Origin: Burkholderiales bacterium
Lineage (GTDB): Bacteria; Pseudomonadota; Gammaproteobacteria; Burkholderiales; SG8-39
NCBI GenBank assembly: GCA_035517095.1
Contig: DATIZK010000064.1
Location: forward strand, 6,119-70,118
DNA: 64,000 nt
Direction: 5' to 3'
Below the pieces are notes generated by a model. That model worked only from the letters and a program-made list of their open reading frames with translations. It was not told where the DNA came from and did not search any database. Positions 47,884 to 57,667 of the stretch are shown here, one piece after another; position 1 is the stretch's first letter, and the number at the start of each line of letters is the position of its first letter. The translations under genes and the position numbers were made by a program.

Positions 47884-49572
47884 GTGACTGCTTTCAAAGT
47901 GAAGAAGTCCCCTGTGCCCGAGCTGCAAAAGTGGGGGCGGTACGTGACCGGCACCGCGACTGCGTCGTTGAGAGAGATGTTCGAGGAATGCTTCGCTCGC
48001 TTTCGCGCGCGGCCCGCGTTCTCAAGCATGGGCGTTCAACTCAGCTACGGCGAGGTGGACCGTCTGTCGAGGGACTTCGCAGGCTTTCTACGTGGTCATC
48101 TGGGGCTCGAGCGCGGCGAGCGCGTCGGAATCATGCTACCAAACCTGCTGCAATACCCCGTGGCGCTGATCGGCGTGCTGCGCGCCGGACTGGTGGTGGT
48201 CAACATCAATCCGCTCTATACCGCCTCCGAGCTCGAGACCCAGCTCGAGGACGCCGGGCCCGCGGCCGTCGTGGTGCTAGAGAACTTCGCCCATACGCTG
48301 GCGCAGGCGATTCCGCGTACGCGCGTGCGCCACGTGATCAGCACGCAGGTCGGAGATCTGTTCCCCGCGCCCAGGCGCTGGGTAGTCAATTTCGCGGTCA
48401 AGCGCGTGCGGCGCATGGTGCCGCGGTGGCGCATTGACGGGACGATCGGCTTTCGCGAGGCGCTCGCGCGCGGACGCACGCTTCGCGTCCCCGAGACTCA
48501 GCTTGACGCCGACGACATCGCGTTCCTGCAGTACACCGGGGGTACCACGGGGCGCCCGAAGGGCGCGATGCTCACGCACCGGAACATGCTGGCAAACTTG
48601 GAGCAGACGCGTGCCTGGGCGGGCGCGGTCCTCCTCGAGGGCGAAGAGACCGTGATCACCGCGCTGCCGCTGTACCACGTGTTCGCGCTCACCGCGAACT
48701 TACTGCTCTTCGCGCGCCTGGGCGGCAACAATGTGCTGATCGCCGACCCGCGCGACCTCTCCGGCTTCGTAAGAGTGCTGCAACGGACGCGCTTCACGGC
48801 AATCACCGGCGTGAATACCCTGTACCGCGCCCTGCTCGATGCGAAGGGCTTCGACGCCGCATGCGCCGCCAACCATGGCGCGCTCAAGCTCTCGGTGGCT
48901 GGTGGCATGGCGGTGCAGCGCGACGTGGCGGTGCGCTGGCAGCAGGCCACCGGCGCGCCGCTCGTGGAGGGCTATGGCCTCACCGAGGCCTCGCCCAACG
49001 TGTGCGGAAATCCCGCCGATGCGCGCGAGTTCAGCGGCAAGCTGGGGCGAGCGCTCCCCGGCACCGAGGTGGCGATCTTCGACGAGGAGGGTCGGACGGG
49101 ATCGGTCGGCGAGATCGGTGAAATCTGTGTGCGCGGGCCCCAAGTGATGCCAGGCTACTGGAACGCGCCGGAAGAAACCGCGCAAGCGTTCTTTCCGGGC
49201 GGCTGGCTACGCACTGGGGACCTGGGCCGCATCGACGAGCGCGGCTACGTCGAATTCATCGAGCGGCGCAAGGAAGTAATCGTGGTGTCGGGTTTCAAGG
49301 CCTATCCGGGCGAGATCGAAGCGGTCGCGCTGCAGCACCCCGGAGTGAAGGACGCCGGCGTGGCGGGGCTGCCGGATGCGCGCACCGGCGAGGCCGTTGC
49401 ACTGTATGTCGTAAAAAAGGATCCGGCGCTCGATGAAGCGGCGCTGCTTGAGCATTGCGCGAAGCACCTTGCGCCGTACAAGCGGCCACGGCAGGTGTTC
49501 TTCCGTGAGTCGCTGCCCAAGTCGCCAATCGGCAAGGTGCTACGCCGGCAGTTGCGGCCGGATGGGACTTAG
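47884..49572 (+). CDS. fadD: Long-chain-fatty-acid--CoA ligase
   Basis: 562 aa. [56 protein letters not shown]. The N-terminal region aligns with E. coli FadD ([17 protein letters not shown]). Start is GTG 47884 or GTG 47899. Confidence 0.9.
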   Translation: MTAFKVKKSPVPELQKWGRYVTGTATASLREMFEECFARFRARPAFSSMGVQLSYGEVDRLSRDFAGFLRGHLGLERGERVGIMLPNLLQYPVALIGVLRAGLVVVNINPLYTASELETQLEDAGPAAVVVLENFAHTLAQAIPRTRVRHVISTQVGDLFPAPRRWVVNFAVKRVRRMVPRWRIDGTIGFREALARGRTLRVPETQLDADDIAFLQYTGGTTGRPKGAMLTHRNMLANLEQTRAWAGAVLLEGEETVITALPLYHVFALTANLLLFARLGGNNVLIADPRDLSGFVRVLQRTRFTAITGVNTLYRALLDAKGFDAACAANHGALKLSVAGGMAVQRDVAVRWQQATGAPLVEGYGLTEASPNVCGNPADAREFSGKLGRALPGTEVAIFDEEGRTGSVGEIGEICVRGPQVMPGYWNAPEETAQAFFPGGWLRTGDLGRIDERGYVEFIERRKEVIVVSGFKAYPGEIEAVALQHPGVKDAGVAGLPDARTGEAVALYVVKKDPALDEAALLEHCAKHLAPYKRPRQVFFRESLPKSPIGKVLRRQLRPDGT

Positions 49573-49874
49573 GCCTCCGCAACATGCACCGTGCGGGTCG
49601 CGCGAAAACGCCCGCAGGGGGTGAGCCCCAACCAAAAAGAAGAGGACCGACTCGCACGCGTCGGTGGGAGGGTGAATGCGCGCGGTCTTTTCAGGTACCG
49701 AGCACAATAGGGAAAACTCAAACCCGCAAGCTCATCTTCCAGACCAAAGTCCGTCGGGCACTTCAGCTTTGGATCAGTCGGCTTACCCCACCGCCATGTG
49801 ACGGTCTCTCCGTCGGGCGGCTTCCTCACGCCCCCTGGGCGTGCTTTATATTGATCTTCCTTACCTGTTCGCAT
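49569..49874 (-). CDS. Hypothetical small ORF overlapping the end of the FAAL fusion gene (doubtful)
   Basis: The ATG at 49874 lies 14 nt inside the upstream gene, a coupling-like arrangement. The first ~55 codons are protein-like (KPPDGETVTWRWGKPTDPKLKCPTDFGLEDEL) but use AT-ending codons atypical for this genome. No recognisable family. Confidence 0.2.
   Translation of the reverse strand: MRTGKEDQYKARPGGVRKPPDGETVTWRWGKPTDPKLKCPTDFGLEDELAGLSFPYCARYLKRPRAFTLPPTRASRSSSFWLGLTPCGRFRATRTVHVAEA
49827..49853 (+). terminator. Hairpin CACGCCC-CCT-GGGCGTG followed by CTTTATATTG (intrinsic-terminator-like)
   Basis: 7-bp GC stem with a 3-nt loop at 49827..49843 and a T-rich tail on the plus strand. 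Lies in an AT-richer spacer 255 nt after the fadD stop. Confidence 0.35.
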
Positions 49875-52668
49875 CGATATCCGGCTCGCCGCAGTGCTCG
49901 AGTATCACGCGCCGCGCCGCGTTTCGCAGCCGGACCGCTTCAGCCCAGTCGCGGCCCAGCGGCCTGAGCGGCTCATGGACGAATATGTCGAGCGCGTAGC
50001 ACCGCGGGAGCCACGATCCGTCGCGCAGCACCGAGCGCGTGCCGCGCAGCGTGATGGGAATTACCGGGCGCCCGCTTTCGGCCGCCGCAACGAAAGCACC
50101 CATGTGGAAAGATCCCAGGCCCGGGGCGCGCGTAAAGGTTCCTTCTGGAAAAACAACGACCGGCTCCCCCGCAGCGACCGCTCGCGCGATCTCGTGCGCG
50201 TCCGCGACCGCCTGAACGGTGTCGAAGCGCTCGACAAAGCGCACGCCGAGGCGCCGTAGGAGTGGACCCAGGACCGGATGCGCCGCGAACTCACGCTTTG
50301 CGGCGAACGTGGCTTCGGCGGGCTGCAGAGCGGTGAGCAGGATGAAATCACAGTAGCTCGAATGGTTCGCCACGAGCACCGCCGGCATGGCCTCCTTGAG
50401 GCGCTCTTCACCGTTGACTCGCACCGGAATTCCAGAGAGAGCGACGAAACCGCGCGCCAGCGCTCGAGCCCATCGCCTTCGTGCAGATCGTGTAAGTAGC
50501 AGCAGGATCGTTACGCCGCCTACTGATAGCACTGCGAACAACGTCCACAAGTACGCGGCGAACAGCCACGCTGAGAGCGTGCGGCCGAGCCTGCGTGCGC
50601 TCGCGAGCAACCCACTCAGCGCGAGCCGCCCAAGCTGCACCGCAACCGAGGGCTGCGCGGCGCCGAGCAGGCCGCGCTCATAGAGCTCGCGGCAGGCGGC
50701 GCGGCGAATCTTCCCGCTCGAGGTCTTGAGCACCACGCGCTGGCCGACGAGGACGATGTCATCCGCGGGCACGCCGAGCTGCGCGCTCGCGAGCTCGGCA
50801 ATCTGGCGGCGCAAGACATGCCGCGCTGTGGCACCGATGGTGTGCGTCTCAGCGACTACGACGACGCGTTCGGTGCCGGTCGCAAGGTCCGTGGCCCCGA
50901 AGACTGCCACGCAGCCTTTGCGCACGCCCGGCAGAGTGCCTACCGATTCCTCCAAATCGTAAGGGTGGATGTGCTGGCCGCCTCGAATAATGAGATCCTT
51001 GACCCGGCTGGTGATGTAAAGCTCGCCCGCTGCGAAGTACCCGACATCGCCCGTGTCAAGCCAGCCCTCGTGGATGAGGGTCGCGTTCGCCTCCGGATTA
51101 TTGAAATAGCCCGAGGTGGCCGACGGCCCGCGGAACTCGATTCGGCCTTCGACGCGCTCCGGGGCTTCGCCGCCGAGCGCATCCACAATGCGCACTTGGT
51201 GAGCGCGCAGCGGTCGCCCACAGCTCACTACGCTCATCGCTGAGGGTGCGTCGGCGCTAATAGACCGCGCACGACCCTCACGTGCGAGCACCGCGGAATC
51301 AATGCGATCGACAAGCGACCCGCGCCCGAGCGGAGGGAAAGTCAGCCCAAGCGCAGATTCGGCAAGCCCATATACTGGCGTGAGCGCGCGCGCATTGAAG
51401 CCATGGGTGGCGAAGCGCTGCACGAACCTGTCAAGCGTTGCGGCGCGCGCCGGCTCAGCACCGTTGAAGGCAAGCCGCCAGCTCGAAAGATCGAGACCGC
51501 CCAACTCGTCGTCGGGAATCTTCGCGGCGAGCATCTCATAAGCGAAGTTAGGCCCCGCCGATAGCGTCGCGCGATGGTGGTGGATGGCCCACAGCCATCG
51601 CGCTGGTCGACCGAGAAAGCTCTGTGGCGGCATTAGCACGAGCGGCATGCCGTAATACAGGCTGCCGAGCCAAGCGCCGATCAGTCCCATGTCGTGGTAG
51701 AGCGGCAACCAGCTCACAAAGACATCGCGCGAGCTCGCCTGTGCAGCTTCCCCCATCGCCCGGATGTTTGCGAGGAGGTTGGCATGCGTGAGGACCACAC
51801 CCTTAGGCTGCCCGGTACTGCCCGAGGTGTACTGGATGAGCGCAGTGCCGCTCGCGGAGCCTGCAGCCTTTGCCTTCTCATGTCTTTCTGAGACCAGATC
51901 AGCGATATTAAGCACGTACCGCAGAGAGGGCACCTGCGCCTGCAAGAGCCGCGCGACCGGCTGCGCGTGAGCTGGGGTAACGAGGACCCGCGCGGCGCAG
52001 TTGGCGAGAATTCCGGCCTGCCGCCGGAGATGCTCCTCGATCTGCGACCAGCGGAACGGCGGGTAGATCGGCACCGGAACGCCGCCCGCGAGTAGCGTCC
52101 CGGTGAACGCGAGGAAGAAATCGCGTCCCGTCGGCAGCATGATCGCTACCGCCTGGCCGGGTTCGAGCCCGCGCGCCGACAGCCCGTCAGCGACCGCGCG
52201 CGCCTCGTTGGCAAGCCCGCCATAGGTGAGCGTCTCAGCGCCCTCGTCCTGTTCCAGCAATGTGATATGCAAGCGCTCAGGGTGGCGCACTGCGTGCCAG
52301 TCGAGCGCCCCGATCAACGTCACGGCTTCGCGTGGTTCCCCTACCTCCTCGACGCGCGGCGCCGGCTGGCGCACCTCTTTCAGGTCTAGTGCCAGACGCG
52401 GCGATGCGGCAGCGAGCGCGCGCAGCAGCTCGCGTGGGGTACTCGCCTCGGCGGCGAGAACCTCGGGGAGGCGAACATCGAAAGCGCGCTCGATGCGAAG
52501 AACCAGCTCGACGCGCGCCAGACTGTCGATGCCCAGCTCTTGCTCCAGGCGGTCGTCAAGCGACACGCGCGGCGCGGGCCCGCCACGCAGCTCGGCGAGC
52601 ATCTCGCCGACGATGCCGGTCAGTCGCTCGCCGGCAGCTTCCGGGCGAGGGTCTTGAATTCGGCCCAT
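49861..52668 (-). CDS. Fusion protein: acyl carrier (PP-binding) domain + fatty acyl-AMP ligase + TM segment + lysophospholipid acyltransferase (PlsC-type)
   Basis: ACP motif [15 protein letters not shown] (Ser codon about 52522..52524). FAAL-type motifs [44 protein letters not shown]. Hydrophobic [28 protein letters not shown]. Acyltransferase HX4D as NHSSYCD (about 50345..50365) and VVFPEGT. Start uncertain: ATG 52668 overlaps the GYD gene by 49 nt, and ATG 52602 is an alternative. Confidence 0.85.
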   Translation of the reverse strand: MGRIQDPRPEAAGERLTGIVGEMLAELRGGPAPRVSLDDRLEQELGIDSLARVELVLRIERAFDVRLPEVLAAEASTPRELLRALAAASPRLALDLKEVRQPAPRVEEVGEPREAVTLIGALDWHAVRHPERLHITLLEQDEGAETLTYGGLANEARAVADGLSARGLEPGQAVAIMLPTGRDFFLAFTGTLLAGGVPVPIYPPFRWSQIEEHLRRQAGILANCAARVLVTPAHAQPVARLLQAQVPSLRYVLNIADLVSERHEKAKAAGSASGTALIQYTSGSTGQPKGVVLTHANLLANIRAMGEAAQASSRDVFVSWLPLYHDMGLIGAWLGSLYYGMPLVLMPPQSFLGRPARWLWAIHHHRATLSAGPNFAYEMLAAKIPDDELGGLDLSSWRLAFNGAEPARAATLDRFVQRFATHGFNARALTPVYGLAESALGLTFPPLGRGSLVDRIDSAVLAREGRARSISADAPSAMSVVSCGRPLRAHQVRIVDALGGEAPERVEGRIEFRGPSATSGYFNNPEANATLIHEGWLDTGDVGYFAAGELYITSRVKDLIIRGGQHIHPYDLEESVGTLPGVRKGCVAVFGATDLATGTERVVVVAETHTIGATARHVLRRQIAELASAQLGVPADDIVLVGQRVVLKTSSGKIRRAACRELYERGLLGAAQPSVAVQLGRLALSGLLASARRLGRTLSAWLFAAYLWTLFAVLSVGGVTILLLLTRSARRRWARALARGFVALSGIPVRVNGEERLKEAMPAVLVANHSSYCDFILLTALQPAEATFAAKREFAAHPVLGPLLRRLGVRFVERFDTVQAVADAHEIARAVAAGEPVVVFPEGTFTRAPGLGSFHMGAFVAAAESGRPVIPITLRGTRSVLRDGSWLPRCYALDIFVHEPLRPLGRDWAEAVRLRNAARRVILEHCGEPDIDANR

Positions 52669-52928
52669 TCGAGCGCGGGCCAGATTTCCGAATGAGCGTG
52701 ACCGTAGCTGCGCACCAGCACAGACACGCGCATTGCAGTTTCGATGTCGGGCGCGGTGAAGACGTCCAGGTAATCCCAAGGTCCGAGGACCGCGTAGTTG
52801 CCGGTCCATTTTACGCCCCTACATTTCTTGCGCACCTGGTCCATAACGTGACGCTCGAGGGTCTCGAAGGACTTCGGCTGATGCAGGGAGTCGGCTGATA
52901 CCCGGGTAAGCATCACGAACTTACGCAT
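52620..52928 (-). CDS. GYD domain-containing protein
   Basis: 102 aa. [32 protein letters not shown] fits the GYD family core (G-x-aromatic-D followed by xxxAPD). Immediately upstream of the fusion gene. Confidence 0.7.
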   Translation of the reverse strand: MRKFVMLTRVSADSLHQPKSFETLERHVMDQVRKKCRGVKWTGNYAVLGPWDYLDVFTAPDIETAMRVSVLVRSYGHAHSEIWPALEWAEFKTLARKLPASD

Positions 52929-52984
52929 GGCGTTCCCCCTTTCAATGATCCTAGGAAACGCTAAGCCACAAAAGCTTTTGCGAA

Positions 52985-52998
52985 TTGATGCAGATCAA
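52985..52998. promoter_or_regulatory. Perfect FNR/Dnr-type box TTGATGCAGATCAA
   Basis: Exact TTGAT-N4-ATCAA, centre about 63 nt upstream of the GYD ATG (52928) and about 198 nt upstream of the PAS-GGDEF-EAL start. Confidence 0.65.
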
Positions 52999-53189
52999 CC
53001 CACTCCATGAAGCCGCTGGCATGCTTTAAACGGTAGCTTGATGCGACGCAGCCTACTCTACCCGGTCTCGATGAAGAACTTCCTGCCTGCGGTACGGGAC
53101 GAGCCGATCGAGATCGCAAATGAGCTTCTCAAAGCGCACTGTCCTGAAGCTCAGGCAATGCGCGTCGCCATCGTAGTTCACTATTTCCT

Positions 53190-55628
53190 GTGAAGGATAA
53201 CGGACACCTCAGCGATTCGCGTCCCGCGCCGGCAATCCAGGCCGGATGGAGGGCCGGCGTCAGACGGTTCGACGCTACGCTCAGCCCGCCGCTTGGCGCG
53301 CTAATTCTCGATTCAGCCCAGCGCATCGGCTCTAGCACCGCAGGGCTGGAGGAGTCGTTGGGGTACGGAAAGGGCAGCCTACTTGGTATGCCGGCCGCGT
53401 CTCTGATTCCTGATGTGCAAGACGCCCCTTTCGGTAAGTCCGTAGTCCTTGCGGTTATCGGTGGCGACGGCGGCCGAATCCCCCTCCAGCTTTGGAAGGC
53501 GCGGCTAGACGAACGGGCGGGTGCGGTTGTTTGCGTCATCGCTGACCGACGCCGGCTCCGGCTCGATGAGCCGGAGTGGCTGGAGGCGGAGGCGGCGCTG
53601 GCCGCCATACACAGCATTCCCTTCCCCCTATGGATAACCGCTGTCGACGGGCGCTGCGTTGTACAGAACGAGGCTTCGCGTCAGCAATGGAGCGACCTAG
53701 TAGGCAAGATGCCAGGGGACTCTGGCTTACCGAAAGCGGTCGTGCGCGAATGGGAGGACATCAGCGGGCGGGCGCTCACCGGTGAGCGGGTCGACCACGA
53801 GTGGCGCTACACCGACGAATCAGGTTCACGCATTTGCCAGAACATCGTCGTCCCTGTGGCCGTGGATGGCAGGACCATCGGAGCTGTTGGGGTATCGGTG
53901 GACATCACCGAACGCAAGCAGGCCGGGGCTGTACTGGAGCGTTGGCGGCACCTGTTTGAGACCGCCAACTTCGGCATGGCGGTGACCTCCGCCGATGGTA
54001 TCTACCTCAACCTGGTCAATGCGGCGTTCGCGCGCATGCACGGCTTCGCGGTCGAAGAACTCGTCGACAAACCCGTCGCCGATGCGTTCGCCGAAGAAGC
54101 GCGTACCGAACTGGCCGAGCACATGCACCGGGCCCGGGCGCACGGTCATGACGTGTTCGAGAGCACGGCTCGGCGTCGGGACGGCAGCGTCTTTCCGGTG
54201 CTCGTGGACATATCCACCGGTCGAGATGAGGCGGGCGAGACGCTTTACCACGCGATCGCCGTGCGAGACATTACCGAGCGAGTGAAGTCTGCAGCACGCG
54301 TCGTCTACTTGGCAACCCACGATGAGTTGACCGGATTGCTCAACCGCTCGGCAATGGTTGAGGAGACCGAACGACTGGTGACTGCGGGGGGTCGGTTCTG
54401 CCTTTGCATGATTGACCTCGACCGCTTCAAGGTCGTCAACGACTCGCTGGGACATCGCGCCGGGGACATGCTGCTCAAGGAAGTTGCGAGGCGCCTGCAA
54501 TGCTACCTTTCGCACAAGCAGGCCTATCGCCTCGGGGGAGATGAATTCGCCCTCCTTATGCCTCTGACATTGGAGCAAGACCCTGTTCCACTCGTTCAGC
54601 CCGTGGTGGGCATTATCAGCAAGCCCTGCGTCGTCGAAGAAACGAGCCTTTCAAATCGATGCAGTATCGGCGTCTCAGTGTATCCAGATGATGCCGACTC
54701 CCTGAGAACGTTACTCAGGAACGCGGATATCGCTATGTATCGTGCCAAGCACCTGGGCGGCAACAGCGTGGTGTGCTTTTCCGGGGAACGGCGCAGCGAC
54801 GCACGCTCCAGGCTCGCGCTGGAAGCGGACTTGCGTACGGCGGCGGAACACAGACAGTTGGTGCTGCACTACGAGCCGAAGGTATCCCTCGCCGACGGCG
54901 GGTACATCTGCGGCATGGAGGTACTGCTGCGCTGGAACCATCCGTTGCTCGGAAGAGTATCCCCCGCCCTGTTCATTCCGCTGGCTGAAGAGACAGGGCT
55001 TATCGATGCCATCGGCGAATGGGTGTTAGAAACCGCTTGCAGGCAGAACCGCGCGTGGCTAGAACAAGGCTACCCGCCTCTGCGCATGGCAGTCAATCTA
55101 TCCGCGCGCCAGTTCAATCCGAAACTCCTCGGGACTCTGCGGCGCGTCCTGAAGGAAACCGGGCATCCGCCCGAGTTACTCGAGCTGGAAATCACCGAAA
55201 GCACGCTCATCCTGAATGTGAACGAGGCGGCAGGCATCATGCATGAGCTCGTCTCACTCGGAGTCCGGCTATCGGTGGACGATTTCGGCACCGGTTACTC
55301 TGCCCTCTCCTACCTGAAGAACTTTCCCGTAAGCAGTCTGAAACTCAATGCCAGCTTCATCCGCGGGGTGGCAGAACACGCCGAGGACCATGCAATCGTC
55401 CGAGCGGTCGTCGCGCTGGCGCACGCGTTAAAGCTCTCGGTCGTCGCCGAATGCGTCGAGAAGCAAGCGCAGCTTGACGTCCTGCGCGAGCTGGGATGCG
55501 ACCAGGCGCAGGGTTACCTTTTTAGTCCGCCAGTTGCCACTGAGCCGTTCGAGAAACTGTTGCGGGACGAGCTAACGCGCGGGACGGAGAGTCGGCCGCG
55601 TTGGGCAAAACCGGCTATCGACTACTAG
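53190..55628 (+). CDS. PAS/PAC-GGDEF-EAL signalling protein (c-di-GMP turnover)
   Basis: 812 aa. PAS-like repeats, GGDEF domain with YRLGGDEFALL, EAL domain with ELEITES, DDFGTGYSALSYL, ECVE, QGYLFSPP. GTG start at 53190 is uncertain. Confidence 0.9.
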   Translation: MKDNGHLSDSRPAPAIQAGWRAGVRRFDATLSPPLGALILDSAQRIGSSTAGLEESLGYGKGSLLGMPAASLIPDVQDAPFGKSVVLAVIGGDGGRIPLQLWKARLDERAGAVVCVIADRRRLRLDEPEWLEAEAALAAIHSIPFPLWITAVDGRCVVQNEASRQQWSDLVGKMPGDSGLPKAVVREWEDISGRALTGERVDHEWRYTDESGSRICQNIVVPVAVDGRTIGAVGVSVDITERKQAGAVLERWRHLFETANFGMAVTSADGIYLNLVNAAFARMHGFAVEELVDKPVADAFAEEARTELAEHMHRARAHGHDVFESTARRRDGSVFPVLVDISTGRDEAGETLYHAIAVRDITERVKSAARVVYLATHDELTGLLNRSAMVEETERLVTAGGRFCLCMIDLDRFKVVNDSLGHRAGDMLLKEVARRLQCYLSHKQAYRLGGDEFALLMPLTLEQDPVPLVQPVVGIISKPCVVEETSLSNRCSIGVSVYPDDADSLRTLLRNADIAMYRAKHLGGNSVVCFSGERRSDARSRLALEADLRTAAEHRQLVLHYEPKVSLADGGYICGMEVLLRWNHPLLGRVSPALFIPLAEETGLIDAIGEWVLETACRQNRAWLEQGYPPLRMAVNLSARQFNPKLLGTLRRVLKETGHPPELLELEITESTLILNVNEAAGIMHELVSLGVRLSVDDFGTGYSALSYLKNFPVSSLKLNASFIRGVAEHAEDHAIVRAVVALAHALKLSVVAECVEKQAQLDVLRELGCDQAQGYLFSPPVATEPFEKLLRDELTRGTESRPRWAKPAIDY

Positions 55629-55666
55629 GACTCGCGGGAACTCCATCCAGCCATCTCGAGCCTTGA

Positions 55667-55680
55667 TTGATGTGCATCAA
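55667..55680. promoter_or_regulatory. Perfect FNR/Dnr-type box TTGATGTGCATCAA
   Basis: Exact TTGAT-N4-ATCAA, 39 nt after the GGDEF-EAL stop. Its centre is about 43 nt upstream of ATG 55717. Confidence 0.65.
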
Positions 55681-55716
55681 CGGACGAGCGTGCCACTCGC
55701 CTACCGTGTAGCCGGT

Positions 55717-56571
55717 ATGGCTTATTTTCGCTGCTGCGGCGCTCTCCTCGCAACGCTGTTGATCGGAACGGGAACTGCTTTTGCGGACCTCGCCGCAATT
55801 AACGACGACGTTGCAGCGCTCGCCACCGCGTTTGCGCGCGAGGTTGACAAGACGCTCGCCGTACCGATCGGGGACCAAGCAAGCTACGCCGGCATGCTTC
55901 GGGCCGCGTTGGCACGCGCCGGCAAGAAAGCGGTACAGCCGGAATTCGTGATGCTGGTCGACCGCAGCCCGGCGGTACAGGCGGCATTCCTATACTGGAT
56001 TTCCGCGGACGACTGGCGTTTCATCGGGGCGTCGCCCGTGGCGACGGGCTTGCCCGGCGCTTACGAACATTTCCTGACGCCGCTCGGCGTGTTCGAGCAC
56101 ACGGTGGCGAACATGGATTTCCGCGCGGAGGGCACCTTCAACGAATTCGGCATCCGCGGCTACGGGCTCAAAGGGGTGCGCGTCTTCGACTTCGGCTGGG
56201 TCACGGCCGAGCGCGGTTGGGGCGGTGGTGGCATAAGCCCGATGCGACTGCAGATGCATGCGACCGATCCGATTCTGGAGAGGCTGCTCGGGATAGCGCA
56301 CTCCGCGGGTTGCATCCGCATTCCGGCGACGCTCAACCGTTTCCTCGATCATCACGGGATCCTGGATGCAGATTACGAGCGGGCCGCCAGGCTCGGCACG
56401 CACTTGAGCATTCTGCTTTCGGACCGCGAACCGACGCCATGGGCGGGACGCTATCTCGTCATCATCGATTCGCAGCGCAGCAAGCGGCCAGCTTGGTCCC
56501 CGCTTCCCGGAAAGCAAGCGCCCCACTCACCTTCGTCCCTCGGACTCGATACGCCTCGGTCGCGCACTTGA
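55717..56571 (+). CDS. Secreted YkuD-like L,D-transpeptidase family protein (tentative)
   Basis: Start chosen at MAYFRCCGALLATLLIGTGTAFA (signal peptide). GIAHSAGCIRIP resembles the H-x-G-C-I-R catalytic motif of L,D-transpeptidases. The track ORF starts at TTG 55663, inside the FNR box. Confidence 0.55.
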   Translation: MAYFRCCGALLATLLIGTGTAFADLAAINDDVAALATAFAREVDKTLAVPIGDQASYAGMLRAALARAGKKAVQPEFVMLVDRSPAVQAAFLYWISADDWRFIGASPVATGLPGAYEHFLTPLGVFEHTVANMDFRAEGTFNEFGIRGYGLKGVRVFDFGWVTAERGWGGGGISPMRLQMHATDPILERLLGIAHSAGCIRIPATLNRFLDHHGILDADYERAARLGTHLSILLSDREPTPWAGRYLVIIDSQRSKRPAWSPLPGKQAPHSPSSLGLDTPRSRT

Positions 56572-56641
56572 ACGCTACATTCGCAAAGCGCCGATAGCTC
56601 TCGGCAGAGAAGATCTCCTTGAGCGTTTCGACCTTAAGTGA

Positions 56642-57085
56642 GTAGGACGAGAAGGGCCCCGGGGACCATACTTTTCAGGTAAGACTGCGCTCAATCACGC
56701 CTTCGACTTTTTGCAGGCCAATCCAAAATTTGTCACGGCACCCATTGTTTTTGTTTGCGACTGCGACGCCAACAAAACAGATGCTGCGGTGGGGTTGTTG
56801 TTCGTTCGAGCGATCCCGCAGAATCCGAACAACACAAAGATTACGGTTGGGATTGAGAATGCACTAGCTCCCGCACTCATTGAAGATCGCTTTTACAATG
56901 CGAGAGAGGAGAAGAGCGCTCTTGGAGAGAAGAAGATTATCCAGTCGTTCAATAAGGCGGGGCCGTGCGATTACATCTGTAGCGAGCGCGAGTTCACGAC
57001 TGAGCAAGCCGCGCAGGATCTGGCTGGATTTGCTCAGATTACGGCGATTCTGGACGCCATCCCGACTGGATCGGAGGTTGCGTAG
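56642..57085 (+). pseudogene. Open frame with TOPRIM/DUF4435-like motifs, probably a truncated OLD/AriB-type nuclease gene
   Basis: The frame is open from 56642 with no good start (the track uses TTG 56711). Reads IVFVCDCDANK ... ITVGIENAL, recalling the DxD and (I/L)EN motifs of TOPRIM/DUF4435 domains. The upstream catalytic Glu segment and any ATPase partner are absent. The region is AT-rich (26/60 G+C in 56701-56760). Confidence 0.3.
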
Positions 57086-57194
57086 CCACCTTCACAGCGC
57101 AAGCGTTGAACGCGGCATGCGACGACCTCGGGAAGCAATCCCTGATGCCGCTTCTATGCCGATAGGGCTACCCCCTCGATAGGATGCGGTCGCA

Positions 57195-57516
57195 GTGATT
57201 CGGAAACAGTTTGGGAAGCACCCGCGGCGTGTCTTTGTCGGTCCCGATAGAGAGCCGGTCGATTGCTGGCACACCTACGCTCAGAAGGCGTGGTTAGCCG
57301 GTTGCAAGCGAGCGGGGATCAACAATTTCCGCTGGCACGATCTGCGTCACACTTGGCCAAGCTGGCATGTGCAGCTAGGTGAACCGCTACGCTCACCGCT
57401 CTCCCGAGCACCTGAAAGCTCACGCGCAGCGATTAAGCCTCGGTGCAAGCTTCACGGCACAAATCAGTCACAGTGAAGAAGCATCGAAAGGAGAAGCCGA
57501 TCGCGTAAGTGGTTGA
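57195..57516 (+). pseudogene. Tyrosine recombinase (phage/P4-type integrase) C-terminal remnant, frameshifted
   Basis: Frame 1 reads [26 protein letters not shown] second frame continues [18 protein letters not shown] and stops at 57514..57516. The segment between the HxxR and RYAH motifs is deleted and the N-terminal ~250 aa are missing. Ends 5 nt from the tRNA 3' end. Confidence 0.7.
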
Positions 57517-57519
57517 ATA

Positions 57520-57609
<90 letters not shown>

Positions 57610-57667
57610 GCATCGCGATCGACTCGACGCGAAGGGCGAATTCTAGCAGGCGCCGGTTCCCGATGAC

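Noticed and set aside
56880-57182. 100-aa plus-strand ORF between the TOPRIM-like frame and the integrase remnant
   Set aside because: Extremely Arg/Leu/Ser-rich (RRRALLERRRLSSRSIRRGR). It overlaps the better TOPRIM-like frame and has no motif support.
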